A stretch of 63,304 nt of DNA, counting the filler, from Reclinomonas americana ATCC 50394 (Eukaryota), in the NCBI GenBank assembly GCA_048213135.1. It is 9 parts of 6 records of this genome, joined end to end, with 100 filler letters (N's around TTAATTAATTAA, not from the genome) between each part and the next. Parts side by side here need not be neighbours in the genome. Positions count along the whole stretch, not along the records: positions 31,086 to 33,311 come from PS015940.1; positions 33,412 to 43,503 come from PS015940.1; positions 43,604 to 50,671 come from PS015940.1; 6 more parts are not named here. One strand, given 5' to 3'. Shown one piece after another: positions 32,643-44,749 of this stretch; positions within the stretch are counted from its first letter, which is position 1; each line of letters starts with the position of its first letter. The position numbers were made by a program, and so were the translations under genes. The notes beneath the pieces are model-generated. The model saw only the letters and a program-made list of their open reading frames with translations. It searched no databases and was not told the origin of the DNA.

Positions 32643-35210
32643 ATGGGAGACCGCGCGGGCGCCTTGGAAGAGGCCATTCGATGCCCCATCTGCTATGATT
32701 CATTTGACACTGAAAAGCACAGGCCGATGGTGGTGCCGTGCGGCAATGGCCACGCCATGTTCCGTCCACACTCGCGTCCCCCACTCTCTCATTCACTCGC
32801 TCGCTCACTCTCTTCCTTTCCTCTCCTTCCCCTTTCTCGCAGTTGTCTCGCCTGCGTGCAAGTGTATCGCGCGCAAGAGTGCCCCGTGTGTCGCGGAGAA
32901 TTTCACCCTCGCGCGCTTCCTCGTGGTGTTCCCACCCCGCCTCATTATCCTTACAAGGAGGACATTCGCCTGCGCGGTGTCTTGGAGGTGCTTCCTCGCG
33001 ATGGCGTCGGACGTGAGCAGCAGCAGCCGCAGCCGCCGTCACCTCAGCAGCAGCATGGCGGTGAACTCCTCGAGGTATCCTTCGCCGAGTTGACGATAAT
33101 CAGTGAACTTGGTCGCGGTATCAGTGCCGTAGTTTACCGTGTGGAGTGGCAGCAGTCAGATGCCTTCGCTCTCAAGGTCTTCCATTTCGCGGATGCGGTG
33201 GAACGACGAGACTTGTTGATGACTGTGCGAAAGGAAGCGTCGATTGCCGTGCGTGTTCGGTGTGTGTTGAGTTGTCACTGCTTTGCCAGCTGTGGTTTCT
33301 CTCTCTCTCTCNNNNNNNNNNNNNNNNNNNNNNNNNNNNNNNNNNNNNNNNNNNNTTAATTAATTAANNNNNNNNNNNNNNNNNNNNNNNNNNNNNNNNN
33401 NNNNNNNNNNNCTCTCTTCCTCCCTCCATCCCTCCCTCCTAGGCCTGTATTCTGTGCTGCTTCGCGTTGACTCGTACTCATGATTGTATGTAACTTCTCT
33501 TACGCGCGCTCTCCTCTCTCTTTTACAATTTGGCTGTGGGTGTCCTCCTCTCGCTCACTCTCGTCTTCCTCTATCCACAACTCTTACCCGCACTCTTGCT
33601 TCTCTTCGCGTGCTTGTGCAGCCACCCGAATGTAATCGGCGTCTACGGTATTGTACCTGACGCTCCCGACGGACCAGGCTACTTGATGGACTTCAGCGTG
33701 GGCGGCTCGGTGCGGGATTTGCTTTTTGTGCGTCGCGAAAATCTCACAAATGTGGAGGTGAGCGCTCGTTCTTGCTCTGGCGAAGTGCCCTCGATTTCAT
33801 GGATATGAATTCTCATTGACATCCCGTTCCACAGCGTCTTGATTTGTGCATCGATGTCATGCGCGGGCTGGTGAACTTGCATCGCCATCGCATCGCTCAC
33901 CGCGATCTCAAGCCAGAGAATGTGCTGTTGGATGCACATCGCGTCCCTCGTCTCGCCGACTTTGGTCTCGCTGAGACAATGATGACCGCCACTCGACTCA
34001 CAAGTGACGTCGGAACGCCGATGTGAGTGTCTATTGACTGTGTGTTCCGCAAATGCCTCCCGTCTGATTCCGTGGCAGGTATATGGCGCCAGAAGTGATG
34101 AATGTGGAGGTGACGAGCGTGATATCTGCTTTTTTGTGATATTCAGCTGAGCGCAATTTGTCTGTCTTCCGCAGCCGTACGACTTAACGTGCGACATTCA
34201 CTCGATGGCCATGGTCATGTGGGTAATATTTGCGAACGCGCTGCCATTCAAGGGATACGCGCCGATGCAGGTATGAGAATCTCTATGAGAATTCACATGG
34301 CACAGTCTTCGGTTGCTCACGAGTAATATACCTTGTGATAGATAATGCGGTGTATCGATCGTGGGGTGCGACCGCCTGTGACATCAGTTCCTGCTGAGCT
34401 TCGTGACATTCTTGCTCGCTGTTGGGTGTGTAGAACGAATGACACTGTTCCAGTTATCTCAGGTTTTCACTTGCGCTCTGTCGTCGCAGGCACCGACGCC
34501 GGTGGATCGTCCTTCGAGTGTCGATTTGCTTGCCGGCCTGCTGCAGATCCGTCAGCTGTGGGTGCAACCTTCTGCGGATGCCGGAGAGCGCGGTAGCGAA
34601 GTTGCAGATGCGCGGCTGCGTGCGCAAGACTTCACCGGTGCTATGGAGCAACAGCTGCGCATGCTGGAAGAAGCTACAGCCAGTGCAGCGAGGCTTCGTC
34701 AACATGAGGAGCAGCTCCAACGCCGCGAACAACTTCTAGTTGCAGAAGAGCATCGCCGCCAACAGGAAGCGGACACCCTACGCCGACGAGAGGAAGAGCT
34801 GCGATCCCGAGAACAGCAGATTGCTGCTGCTGAACAGGCGAGGCGCGCTCAGCAGGAAGCAGACGCGCTTCGACACCGACAAGAGTCTGATGCCTTCCGT
34901 CGAAGAGAGGAGGCCGCTGCTCGAGCGGAAACAGAGGTTGTACGCCAACGACGGTTGCAAGAGGCGGCTGCTCGGGCGGAAGGACATCGGCAGCAGGAAG
35001 TACTATATTGTCTACCGGTGGGTCCTTGCTGCTCATGTTCAATCTGTAGCTGCAGTTGCACTGACATTTTCAGACACAGCTGTGCAAGCGATGCGGGCAA
35101 GCGGCTGTTCCCGGTCAAGAATGCATGCCTCACACATCAGTTACGTTTTGCTGACCTTTGTAGCATAATGTCGCACATGCAGGCGCTTATCTGCCATGCT
35201 TCCAGTGGGT
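32643..35210 (+). CDS. RING-finger + TKL-like protein kinase + coiled-coil protein (3' end approximate)
   Basis: The [47 protein letters not shown] is split by intron 32759-32842. Kinase motifs: [54 protein letters not shown]. An E/R/Q-rich coiled coil lies at 34620-35000. Confidence 0.92.
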
Positions 35211-35682
35211 ATGTTCGCGTCATTTTGCAGTACACGTTCGATTGTTAATGCTTGCATGCACATCGTCAATGTCGATGCGTGCATGATCATGCAGTCGGTG
35301 AGTATGTGTGCATGTGACTATGGAGAAGGAGAGAAAGAGAGAGTAGAAAGAGAAAGACAAAGATTATATGCACGTGTGTATTTGAAAAGAAAGAGTTCAG
35401 GAAAGGAGGGACTGTGTGCTTGTTCGTGTGCGGTTGTTGTAATTGTCGTTATTGTTGTTGTGTATCTTGTGTTGGTGTTTTTTTATTGTTTTTGTGTTGT
35501 TGCTAGTTGCAAAGTAGATGAGTGAGATAAGTATATGTGCGCTTTCTGTATGTGTATGAAGGAGAGTGCATGTGTGCGGGGAAGTATAAGTGGGTTCGTG
35601 GGTTCGTGGGTTCGTGGGTTCGTGTGTTCGTGTGTTCGTGTGTGTTCGTGTGTGACTGTTGTCCTCATCATCGTCGTCGCCG

Positions 35683-35728
<46 letters not shown>

Positions 35729-35782
35729 AATCGTTGTTGTTTTTTTGGTTTCGTGTGTGTTGATTGCAAAATGGATGAGAGT

Positions 35783-35977
35783 TGTTACGTGCTTCGCACG
35801 CTCCCCCCCCTAACATACCATTTATACCCCCCTTATATATGCTTTTCATAGCTTTTGCTCCTTGACATTTTGTTCTTGACCCTCGGGTACGTGATCCTTA
35901 ACCCGTTACCCTTGACCCTTGCAATGGGAGACCTCATATAAGGCAATCAAGGGGGGGAGTGTGTGAAGCCTGTGACA
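35783..35977. mobile_element. Solo LTR (Ty3/gypsy-like termini) or TRIM/MITE-like element, 195 bp
   Basis: It starts TGTTACgtgcttcgcacgctccccccc and ends gggggggagtgtgtgaagccTGTGACA (~27-bp imperfect inverted termini, TG..CA). A perfect 4-bp TSD GAGT flanks both sides. Confidence 0.85.
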
Positions 35978-36628
35978 GAGTATGTTTATGTATGTGTTCA
36001 TATGTGTGCGTGTATGTTGTTGTTTACGAGAGAGTGACAGCGAGACACTGATTGTGTGATAGATAAATTGAGTGAGAACGACAAGAGAAAGAGAGACTAA
36101 TAGTCTGCGAATGAGAGTGTGCGTGTATGGTGTGGTCGACTGACTGCAGATGGTGTGCTTGTGTTTGTTTATTTGTGTGTGTGTGTATGTGTGTGTGTGT
36201 GTGTGTGTGTATGTGTGTGTGTGTGCATGGCGACCATGGCGATGGATGCATGATCATGCAGTATGTGAGTATGTGTGTGTATGTGTATATGAGAAAGTGA
36301 AGGGAAAGGGGTGAGAGAGAGAGAAAGAGCCAGTTTTCTTGTGTGTTTTTTGTAAGAAAATGAGAGAGAGAGAGAGGAGTGAAAGTAGAAAAAGATGAGT
36401 GTGTGTTCGTGAATGTTTGTTGTTATTGTAAAGTCTGTTATATGCGAACATAATGAGTGTATGCCGGTTATATCTGTATACGTGCGCGTGTAAGTAGTTT
36501 TATATGGGAGAGAGAGTGAGAGTGAGTGTATGTGAGACAGGATGAGAGACTGAGTGTGTATGCGCGAGCGTGTGTGTGTATGTGTAGTGGCCGACTGACT
36601 GTGCATGTGGTATGTGTTACCCAGACCG

Positions 36629-39500
36629 ATGTCTTTGCAAGTCAGAATGCTGAGCATGGCCCAGCCGGTGATTGCCATGTTGCTCAGGCAAGTGGGTAGA
36701 ATTCTCAACGCAGTAAGTTGTTTCTGTCGACTCGGATTCATTGTTGTCTGGCGGTGGGGCTCGCAGCCGACAGGCGAAGACCAGAATGCAGTACCGGCGC
36801 TGCGCGCTACAGATCAGTCTCCAGTTCTTGTGAACTGTCCCGATCTCTTCGTTGTGCATATTCAGCAATACTCAGCAGAGCTTCGGTTGGCCACAGGTTG
36901 GCTCGCAAGCTATCGTGTACGTGATTCTCTATTGTTTCTTCAATTGACCTCTGCTTTTTGTTCCGTGAAGACCGGGGATGGCTGTTGCTGAACCGCAAAG
37001 TTGAATGTCAGTGGCTCGGATTCGGCCAGCAGGGTCGCAACATTTATAACGTGGTTCCGTCGCGTCGTGCCAATAGTGAAAATTACGTTGCGTCGATGCG
37101 CATAGGTATCGTTCTAATTCACTAGCTGCTATTCTTTATCTGACGAGGATTGTTGTTGTACAGTCTCGAGGGTCGTGGCGATTCTTTGGCGATTCCGAAT
37201 CTGTCTGGACTGTACTGCAGACGTTCCCCACCGATTCGGTTCTTGTCGGCCGCGGTATCTTATTGAGGCGCACAGCCGGTGATGCATGGACAGTGCGAAC
37301 ACTTCCCGGATTGAATTCTTCTGAGTGCACCTGGAGTAGCAAATGATCTCACCCCATTTCCGTTACTCAGGTCCACATTCTCGACATGGAGGGTTTGGTT
37401 GGCATGCCGTACGAACCGTTCTTGCGTACGTGCTGCGAACATCTTGTGAGGAATCGTGGCGTCTCACTCTTTGTCAGCGGTTTCTATCCTCTCACTCGAT
37501 CGTCGCCCATGTGATGCAGCCAGTCCCGCTGAATGTTCTTGTTGGTGCTACAGCCCTTGGCTTCACCGGCCACAACCGTCGCTTGCTCATCGAATTCGTC
37601 AAATTTGTAAGCGAACATGCGACATCGATCCAGGAATCACCGAGATGTCCGAGTTTTTTTCTCTGTTGTACGTCACTGGACATCCGGCCTGAACGCTACA
37701 CTGATGTAAGTGTATGTGTTTGTGACCATTTTTTGACTATATTGCCACTCTAAATTGTTCCAATCGCCGAACCACAGCGCGTACTGGATATGCAAATTAT
37801 GCTTGGTCATGTGATGCGTACGAGCTATGGCCTCTCCGACCGCTTGCGGCAGCGGCTGGATGGGTTCCGAGTCCCTCCTGACTTGCTGCGCAGAAATGTT
37901 TACGTACGTCAACTTGAAAGCAAGACCAGGGAGTGGTTAGGCTTCATGTTTCAGCGGTACAACCTGTCTGATTCTGAAGTGGAGGAGCTCGTTGAGGTGG
38001 TGACCAATGCTTCTGTTGCGTCTCATGTGATTTTTTGTGTTTTGCTGTGTCTCTGTCTCTAAGTTGTCGCATCTTAGGGACCATTGCAATACTTCCAGCC
38101 AGGTCGGGACTTGGACCAACTGATCCGACAACTATTTCCACATGAAGCGCTATTTGCACGCGCAAATGCCTTCATCAATCTTGTCTGTGGCCTTGAGCTG
38201 TTGCCTGCACTTGTCATCGACGGAGCGGGTCGCATCAGCATCACTCCTCACCCGGCCCCTGCTGATCGCCCTGCGCCTCCCGCTCCCGGTGATGATGTTC
38301 CAATCGTTTTCGATGTCACTGGGAGAGCGCTGCCACTGCTTGTGCTAGAACCGCCAACCCGAGTTCACGAGTGGCAATCCGTCAAGGTAGATATTTGGCA
38401 CTCAATATCGTTTCCGATTTTTGAACAAGTCGCTCACTTTGTGGTTGATCGCCAAAGGGCGTGACAGTGGCAGTCCTCATGGGCGACTGTAGACTCTTTA
38501 TAACGTGCGTGTAGCAGTTGTCATTCGTTGCTGTTGTTTGTCTTTCTTCCTCACGTGCCCATTTACCGATAAATCCAATGCTTGAGTACCGGACTTAGCA
38601 ACCCAACCACTGATTTCCTGCGATGGCTGTATCATGTTGTTGTCGCACCTCTATCGCAAGCTGCTCGTGCATACTTGATGGGAGAACTTTTCGCGGATAC
38701 GGTTGCAGCCGTAGGCCAAAATGGCGAACCTGGACCGCCAGTTTCTCTCTACGGGTTTCTACGGGCATCCGGTGATGTGCGTCTTGAGATTTGAGTCCTT
38801 CGCCGTGTATATTATAACCGTGTATTGAATGTGGTAAGAGATTTTGTAGGACGATTGTTCCACTCGAGCGCACATGGGCTCGTTTCTTGCTTCGCAAGGC
38901 TGGATTTGGAGTGTTGTCCGTGAAGCGCCAAGTTGCGGATAGAAGTCACGTGTGTTGTTTGGAATACGGGGTGCTCATCATATTTTCTCCGTGTGCGTTT
39001 CTGTGTTTGTGTGTTGTACGTACAGGACGTACGTGAGCTGCTGTTCGGAAAATATATCATATTACCACACGAGGTGTATCGTCTCACAACAGTGCGCTCC
39101 GATGAGTGCATGTATGGCGAGATGATGGCATTGCTCTCCGACACCAACTTTCTAATCGTGCTGGAAGGTCTGTGCTGATCGAATAATCTGCCATTCCCGG
39201 CGTTCTAATCATTGTGCTGGCCGATTTCAGCCCCTCTGAATTACATGATTGCCGACCGACTGCTCAAGTGGATTCTCGAATTCTCCAAGGACCAGCCGTG
39301 GTTTGTTCCCCCGTCGTTCATCAGAATTTTCCGCCCCCTCTCACACCGAGTCTGTAGGTGCTGGTTCTTAATTCAAGATGTTGACTGCTCTCGGAATTCG
39401 CCAGAGGTCGAGCCACATCTTGCTGCTGTACAATACCCACGCTGCTAACGTCGTGTTGTTTGTACAGATCCGTGATTGCATCCGTTTCATGGACTCCTAG
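36629..39500 (+). CDS. Orphan multi-exon hypothetical protein
   Basis: A chain of GT-AG exons, most of which join in phase (e.g. PTGEDQNAVPAL, RGWLLLNRKVECQWLGFG, GPLQYFQPGRDLDQLIRQLFP, DVRELLFGKYIILP, CWFLIQDVD, IRDCIRFMDS*). No family recognised. Confidence 0.6.
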
Positions 39501-40307
39501 CACGTGCAGATCAGTTCAGCACACTGTACCGAGCGGATTACACAATTTTTCTGTCACCGAGGCGACCAAGCGTCGCTCTGACTGTGCATGTAGTTATTTG
39601 TGTTCGTGTTCGGGTGTGTGTGCACGGCCACAATGGCGATGGATGCATGATCATGCAGACGCTGAATATGCGTGTGTATAAGAAAGAAGACAGAGAGAGA
39701 GAAAGCGAGAAATCAAAACGCTTCAGTCACCACATTGCAATCGTGTGCGTCAGGAGAGGCTTGGATTACTGTCGCCCCAGCAGGGGCCATGATTTTTTGA
39801 AAGAAGACAGAGAGTACCAACATGACTGGTGGTATAAATGAAGAAGAGGTACGCCGAGCAGAGAGAGAAGGAGGTGTGCGTGCGAAGAGGCTGAAATACA
39901 GTCACCACGATGCAGAAGTACGGCAGTTAGCACCAGGACGAGTAATGGTACGAATTGGGAGCAGGAACGCCTGGGTGCGGCAGGAAGATAGAATTTTAAG
40001 AGTCGACATCAGGGGAGCTGATGTAGAAGTATCGCAGTATGCGTCAGGAAGAGGAGCGACTTCGGTACGAGTACCCAAGACTCGCATTGTGTATTGAAGT
40101 AAGAGAGCGTTGCAGAGGAGATCGTGTGTACAAATGGTCCAGATAAGAAGACAAGACTTGATGCATAGTTATTGAGTTACTACTAGAGATAAGCAGTATC
40201 GAAACGAAAGAAGAGCGAGAAGGAGACACGTTAAGATGCTCGTGTTCTCTTCCACTAGTAGAAGCAGAGTGGTGCTGTGCGTTGTTCTCACTTTCATCGT
40301 GGTGCAG

Positions 40308-42300
40308 CCTTTAATGTTGAACATGATTGTTCTGGTAATGGAGGATCTGAAGCGAATGGAGCACTACCACGGCGGCAGTGATGGCTCTGCACCGTCGATG
40401 AAGCGAGTGACTCGTGCTCGATTGCACGAAGCGTTCGCCAAACGCAAACTGCACTGGGAATTCGAGCATCACCGAGTGAACATTCGTCAGGTGAGTTTTT
40501 GATCAGAATGCGATTCATGGCGCAAGCTCACGAGAAAGAAAAACACTTCATTCGCCACATTCCAATAATGCGACAAATGTCCAATCATTTATGCACAGCT
40601 GTATGGTGACGAAGAAGCAGAAGAGGACTTTGGTCAGTGAGTGTGGGACTTTTGCTCGGAGCTTGCCCGTGAGATGATGCAGCACTCGCTGGTCTCTGTG
40701 CGGCAGGGCAAGCTGGAGGTTTGTTTGCTTTAGGGAGACGTGCGCGGATGTTCCCTTCACCTCACTCCTCTGTCATCTCTTTACCATCACAGCGCACTCA
40801 GCAAGCCGTTGCGGAACAACATTTGTGGAACAAGTGGTTCGATCGCGATGATCCGCTGCAGAACTCGCTTGTGCGCGCTGTTGCGTTGTACTGCGTGACT
40901 GTTTCGTCCATTCGTTTGTGCGTCACTCACGTGCGAGACACGGCACAGGCGCTGCTCAAATGGAGTCGGCTCGGAGCTCGAGCATCGCAGCAGCGTGTGG
41001 AAGTTCATGCACAAGTCGGTGCTGGAGTACTTTACCGCTCAGTCGTGGCTGGCTGATGTGCAGATTTTTTCAACGAGCAGTGTCGTGTATCTTTGCCTTT
41101 GCCAGCTGCGCGATTGCTAAACCTCTCTTTGTGTAGGATCGACTCGACAGACTGTGCTCCAGATTATGAGGCCACCGCGGCCGGGCGCTGCTCACATCAG
41201 ATGATGTGAGTACATTTGCATCATCATTCATTATGCTCGTGGCAATTACTCACGCTTCTTTTGATTGTTGCAGCGACTCAACTCCATTTTGTCGTTCATC
41301 GCCGAGCAGGTGCAGGCTGATTCGTCTCTTCATGACGTGCTGTGGAAGGCAGTTGCTCTGTCGCGCACGGAGGAGAGAGTCACGGCCGTGTCATCGAGTG
41401 CGGCCAGTGCGCGGAGGTGTCGTTCAGTGAGCGAGATATGTCGGGTGTGCGAATACCAGGTGCGGATCTGAGGGATGCAGTGAGTCTGATGCACAGGACG
41501 GTGTGGAGGGGAGCTGATTTGCGCGGGGTGAATGTGTGCCTGGCGTTCGCGAGGGAGGCAGATTTCAGGGGGGCGGAAGTGGAGGATGCGAAGTGGCCGA
41601 GGCAGCCAATGGAAGGCCACACAGAGTGGGTGAATGCAGTGGCAGTGACACCTGATGGCAAGTACATTGTGAGTGGCAGTGCTGACAAGACTGTACGGGT
41701 GTGGTCGGTGGCAAGTGGCGAGGAGGTGCGCCGACTACAAGGCCACACGAGTGAAGTGTATGCAGTGGCAGTGACACTCGATGGCCAGCACATTGTGAGT
41801 GGCAGCTGGGACAAGACTGTACGGGTTTGGTCTATAACACGAGGTGAGGAGGTGCACCGTCTGGAAGGCCACACGAGAGAGGTATCTGCTGTGGCAGTGA
41901 CACTCGATGGTCTGCGCATTGTTAGTGGCAGCTGGGACAAGACTGTACGGGTGTGGTCGCTGGCCAGTGGCGAGGAGGTGCGCCGTCTGGAAGGCCACGC
42001 ACGTGAGGTGCGTGCAGTGGCAGTGACACCCGATGGCCAGCACATTGTGAGTGGCAGTGGGGACATCACTGTCCGGGTGTGGTCTCTGGAGATTGGCAAG
42101 GAGATTCGCCGACTGGAAGGCCACGCGAGTGGGGTGCTGGCCCTGTCAGTGACACCCGACGGTCGGTGCATTGTGAGTGGCAGTTGGGACAGGACTGTAC
42201 GGGTGTGGTCGGTGGCAAGTGACGAGGAGGTGCGCCGACTGGAAGGCCACACAGATCTGGTGTCTGTAGTGGCAGTGAAACCCGATGATCGACAGATTAC
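40308..42300 (+). pseudogene. Decayed NACHT-type NLR-like gene: post-NACHT helical domain + pentapeptide repeats + WD40 repeats
   Basis: Motifs PLMLNMI...VTRARLHEAF, WDFA/ELAREMM and WKFMHKSVLEYFTA; pentapeptide region DMSGVRIPGADLR...GADLRGVN...EADFRGAEV; five full 42-aa WD40 repeats and a truncated sixth. In-frame TGA at 40638 and 41167; frameshifts near 40660 and 41408. Confidence 0.8.
41609..42297 (+). repeat. 126-bp WD40 coding repeat array (HET-E-like)
   Basis: A unit like LEGHTSEVYAVAVTxDGQHIVSGSWDKTVRVWSxASGEEVRR occurs 5.5 times with high DNA similarity. Confidence 0.95.
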
Positions 42301-42383
42301 GCCGCGTGGAAAGGAGTTTCTATTTGTGTGCCGCAGTGCAACGTTTCTTGATCGCATTCTCGGTTCTTTTTTCCTCCCTGACT

Positions 42384-42812
42384 TCACCAATGTAGTTCTG
42401 TAATGAGCACAACTGCAAACCTGTATGCACCCTCGAATGTATACCAGCTTGTTTGCGATAATGTCACGGTGATGTTGGCACGCGTGTAATCTTCGCCCCC
42501 AAGTTGTATGCCGGGGGTACTGATTGACCATCGCGAGATAATCCACTCGTTGCCCACTTTCTCTGTCAGAAGAAACCTCAGCGATCTGACGATGCGCTGT
42601 ACAGCCTGTTCGCTGTCGCCTCCCCCTGCATCTGTCGCCGATGAATATGACCTTTGATCCAGCTCCCCCTTTACACCGCGAAGATCGTTGTTGCCAAGCG
42701 TCTCGACTTCATCACTGCACATTCATTCTAAATATTTGATGGGAATGAGTTCTTCGAGTACCAGAAGCACATTCACGCCGTCGAAGGAGATATTTCAAGA
42801 GTTTTCACTGGA
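42384..42812 (-). CDS. 3' exons of a hypothetical protein, convergent with the WD40 pseudogene
   Basis: Exon DPVKTLEISPST splices in phase (GT..AG) to ADEVETLGNNDLRG...FAVVLITELHW*. The 5' part is unresolved. Confidence 0.4.
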
Positions 42813-43379
42813 TCCTGACGAGTGCGCGTGTGATCACTATGCAGTGGCTGATAGGAATCGCGCGTTATGATTTCGCGGTGCGGACGTCGTTTGGCTTGCT
42901 GTGCTAGCGACACGTGCGATACCGCGCCATTGTTCTGTGCGTGAGATGAATCTGCGAGTAGTGTATTCTGAGCCTTTGTCGTTGATTTATGATCTCGAAA
43001 GCAAGGAATAGAAGCGGCAGTGAATGTCTGCGTGGTACAGCGACTGCGCCACATGGACGTGCAATCTCTTTCATTCCATGCATCCTCAATAAATGAGAGA
43101 GAAAAATGAGACTCAGAAAGCACTACACAACGAGTGGCAGACACAAAAATTACACTCACAAAACAATCACAAAACACGCCACTGTCACAACGACGCACGT
43201 TCATGCGAGCTGCGACAATTCCGAGACGTCGGTGGTCAAGTGAATGGTGGGTGTGCGACGACACATCCAGGTGGCCGCCCCCTGCTTTAAATTTGGCCAA
43301 GTACATCGGCCACATTAGTCACATGACCGAGCATGCCGCAAGCAAGGTCATGCTCACACTGCAACCGGCATTGCATGAC

Positions 43380-43503
<124 letters not shown>

Positions 43504-43603
43504 NNNNNNNNNNNNNNNNNNNNNNNNNNNNNNNNNNNNNNNNNNNNTTAATTAATTAANNNNNNNNNNNNNNNNNNNNNNNNNNNNNNNNNNNNNNNNN
43601 NNN

Positions 43604-44749
43604 CTCCGCCTATCGCTCCTCCTCCTTGTCGAAGCTGCACGTCGACATCGACCGCGGACGACGACGACGGCATGGGCAGAGGTGGGACAACAGCGGCCGC
43701 GTGCGCAAGGTACATGGCCATCGACGCCGACGTTGTTGTTGTTGTCGTCGTCGTAGACAGTGCTAATCTCGGCTGCGAGAAGTCCACGGGCGGCACGGGC
43801 GTCGACGCTTGTGATCGCTGGTCAATGGGTGAGCGAACTTTCTCTCATAATCTTGTTTGGTGGTTGGGTGGACATGTCGTCACCTTTAGCGGTGGCCGCC
43901 CATCGCTTTCCTCATCGGGAGATGCGGCGCCGACGCTGCAGGAGCCCGCGCTCAGCTCACTCGTCACCGAGTCGCGCGCGCGTTTCTTCTTCTGCCTCGC
44001 CCGCCGATTCTGCAGATCACATCATGAGCTGCATGCATAATCGCGGAAATAGACAAATGTGCAAAAAAAAAAGATGACAGCAACGAGGTACCTGGAACCA
44101 CACACTGTGCAAAGAGAGACAGCACACATGGTCAGTCACAGCGCGTGTGTCGCTCAAGGCCAATGAATGTAATACTTACCATACGGCTCGTTCGTCACGA
44201 TTCAGCTGTTGCGCCATTCGTACTCTCATTTCTCGCCTGTGTGTTGTTGCACACATACATGTTACTCGCGTGCGTACAGTCAGCGCCGTTATTGACAGAG
44301 GGAGAGACGCAACGGCGGGAATGGGTTTATGCGGTACATGGATTCCAAAAACTCTTTCTGCAAATGAGAGCGGGGGGCGTCAGTCAGGCGACTGCTTGCT
44401 TATTGCAGCGAGGCGCACAAGCCACATGTTAAGAGTGCGTCTCACTGACTGCCTCTGTGTGCGTGTGTGTGTGCGTGTGTCAATGTTGCGCCTTAAAAAG
44501 CCATACATTGAGTGGCACGACGAGAGGTCCGTGCAGGGACGCATGTCGGTGAGTGGTCTGCGTTGCTCGCTCATTGTATGCTCGTGTGTGTGTGCGTCTC
44601 TGCGTGTGAGAAACAGCGCGTGGCACTCTCGCTTTGTGCTCTCTGTTTCGTGTCCAGTCACCAACGACGACGACGAGTGGTGTTTGGTGTGTGTGAGAGA
44701 TACGCACCTCCTGCGAGTCATAGCGGCCTGTGCGTTGCCCGTAGTCCAT
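43604..44749 (-). CDS. Homeodomain transcription factor (non-TALE, Q50), C-terminus runs into gap
   Basis: Exons 44708-44749, 44314-44357, 44180-44236, 44092-44104 and 43884-44009 splice to MDYGQRTGRYDSQEKEFLESMYRINPFPPREMRVRMAQQLNRDERAVCVWFQNRRARQKKKR. All phases are consistent. Confidence 0.92.

Noticed and set aside
40638..41169. In-frame TGA codons suggesting stop-codon reassignment or selenocysteine
   Set aside because: TGA is the normal stop of the HECT, ARM and fimbrin genes, TGG encodes Trp, and the same locus has frameshifts. Pseudogenisation is the simpler explanation.
41380..42546. 388-aa antisense ORF over the WD40 array
   Set aside because: Same repeat-shadow effect.
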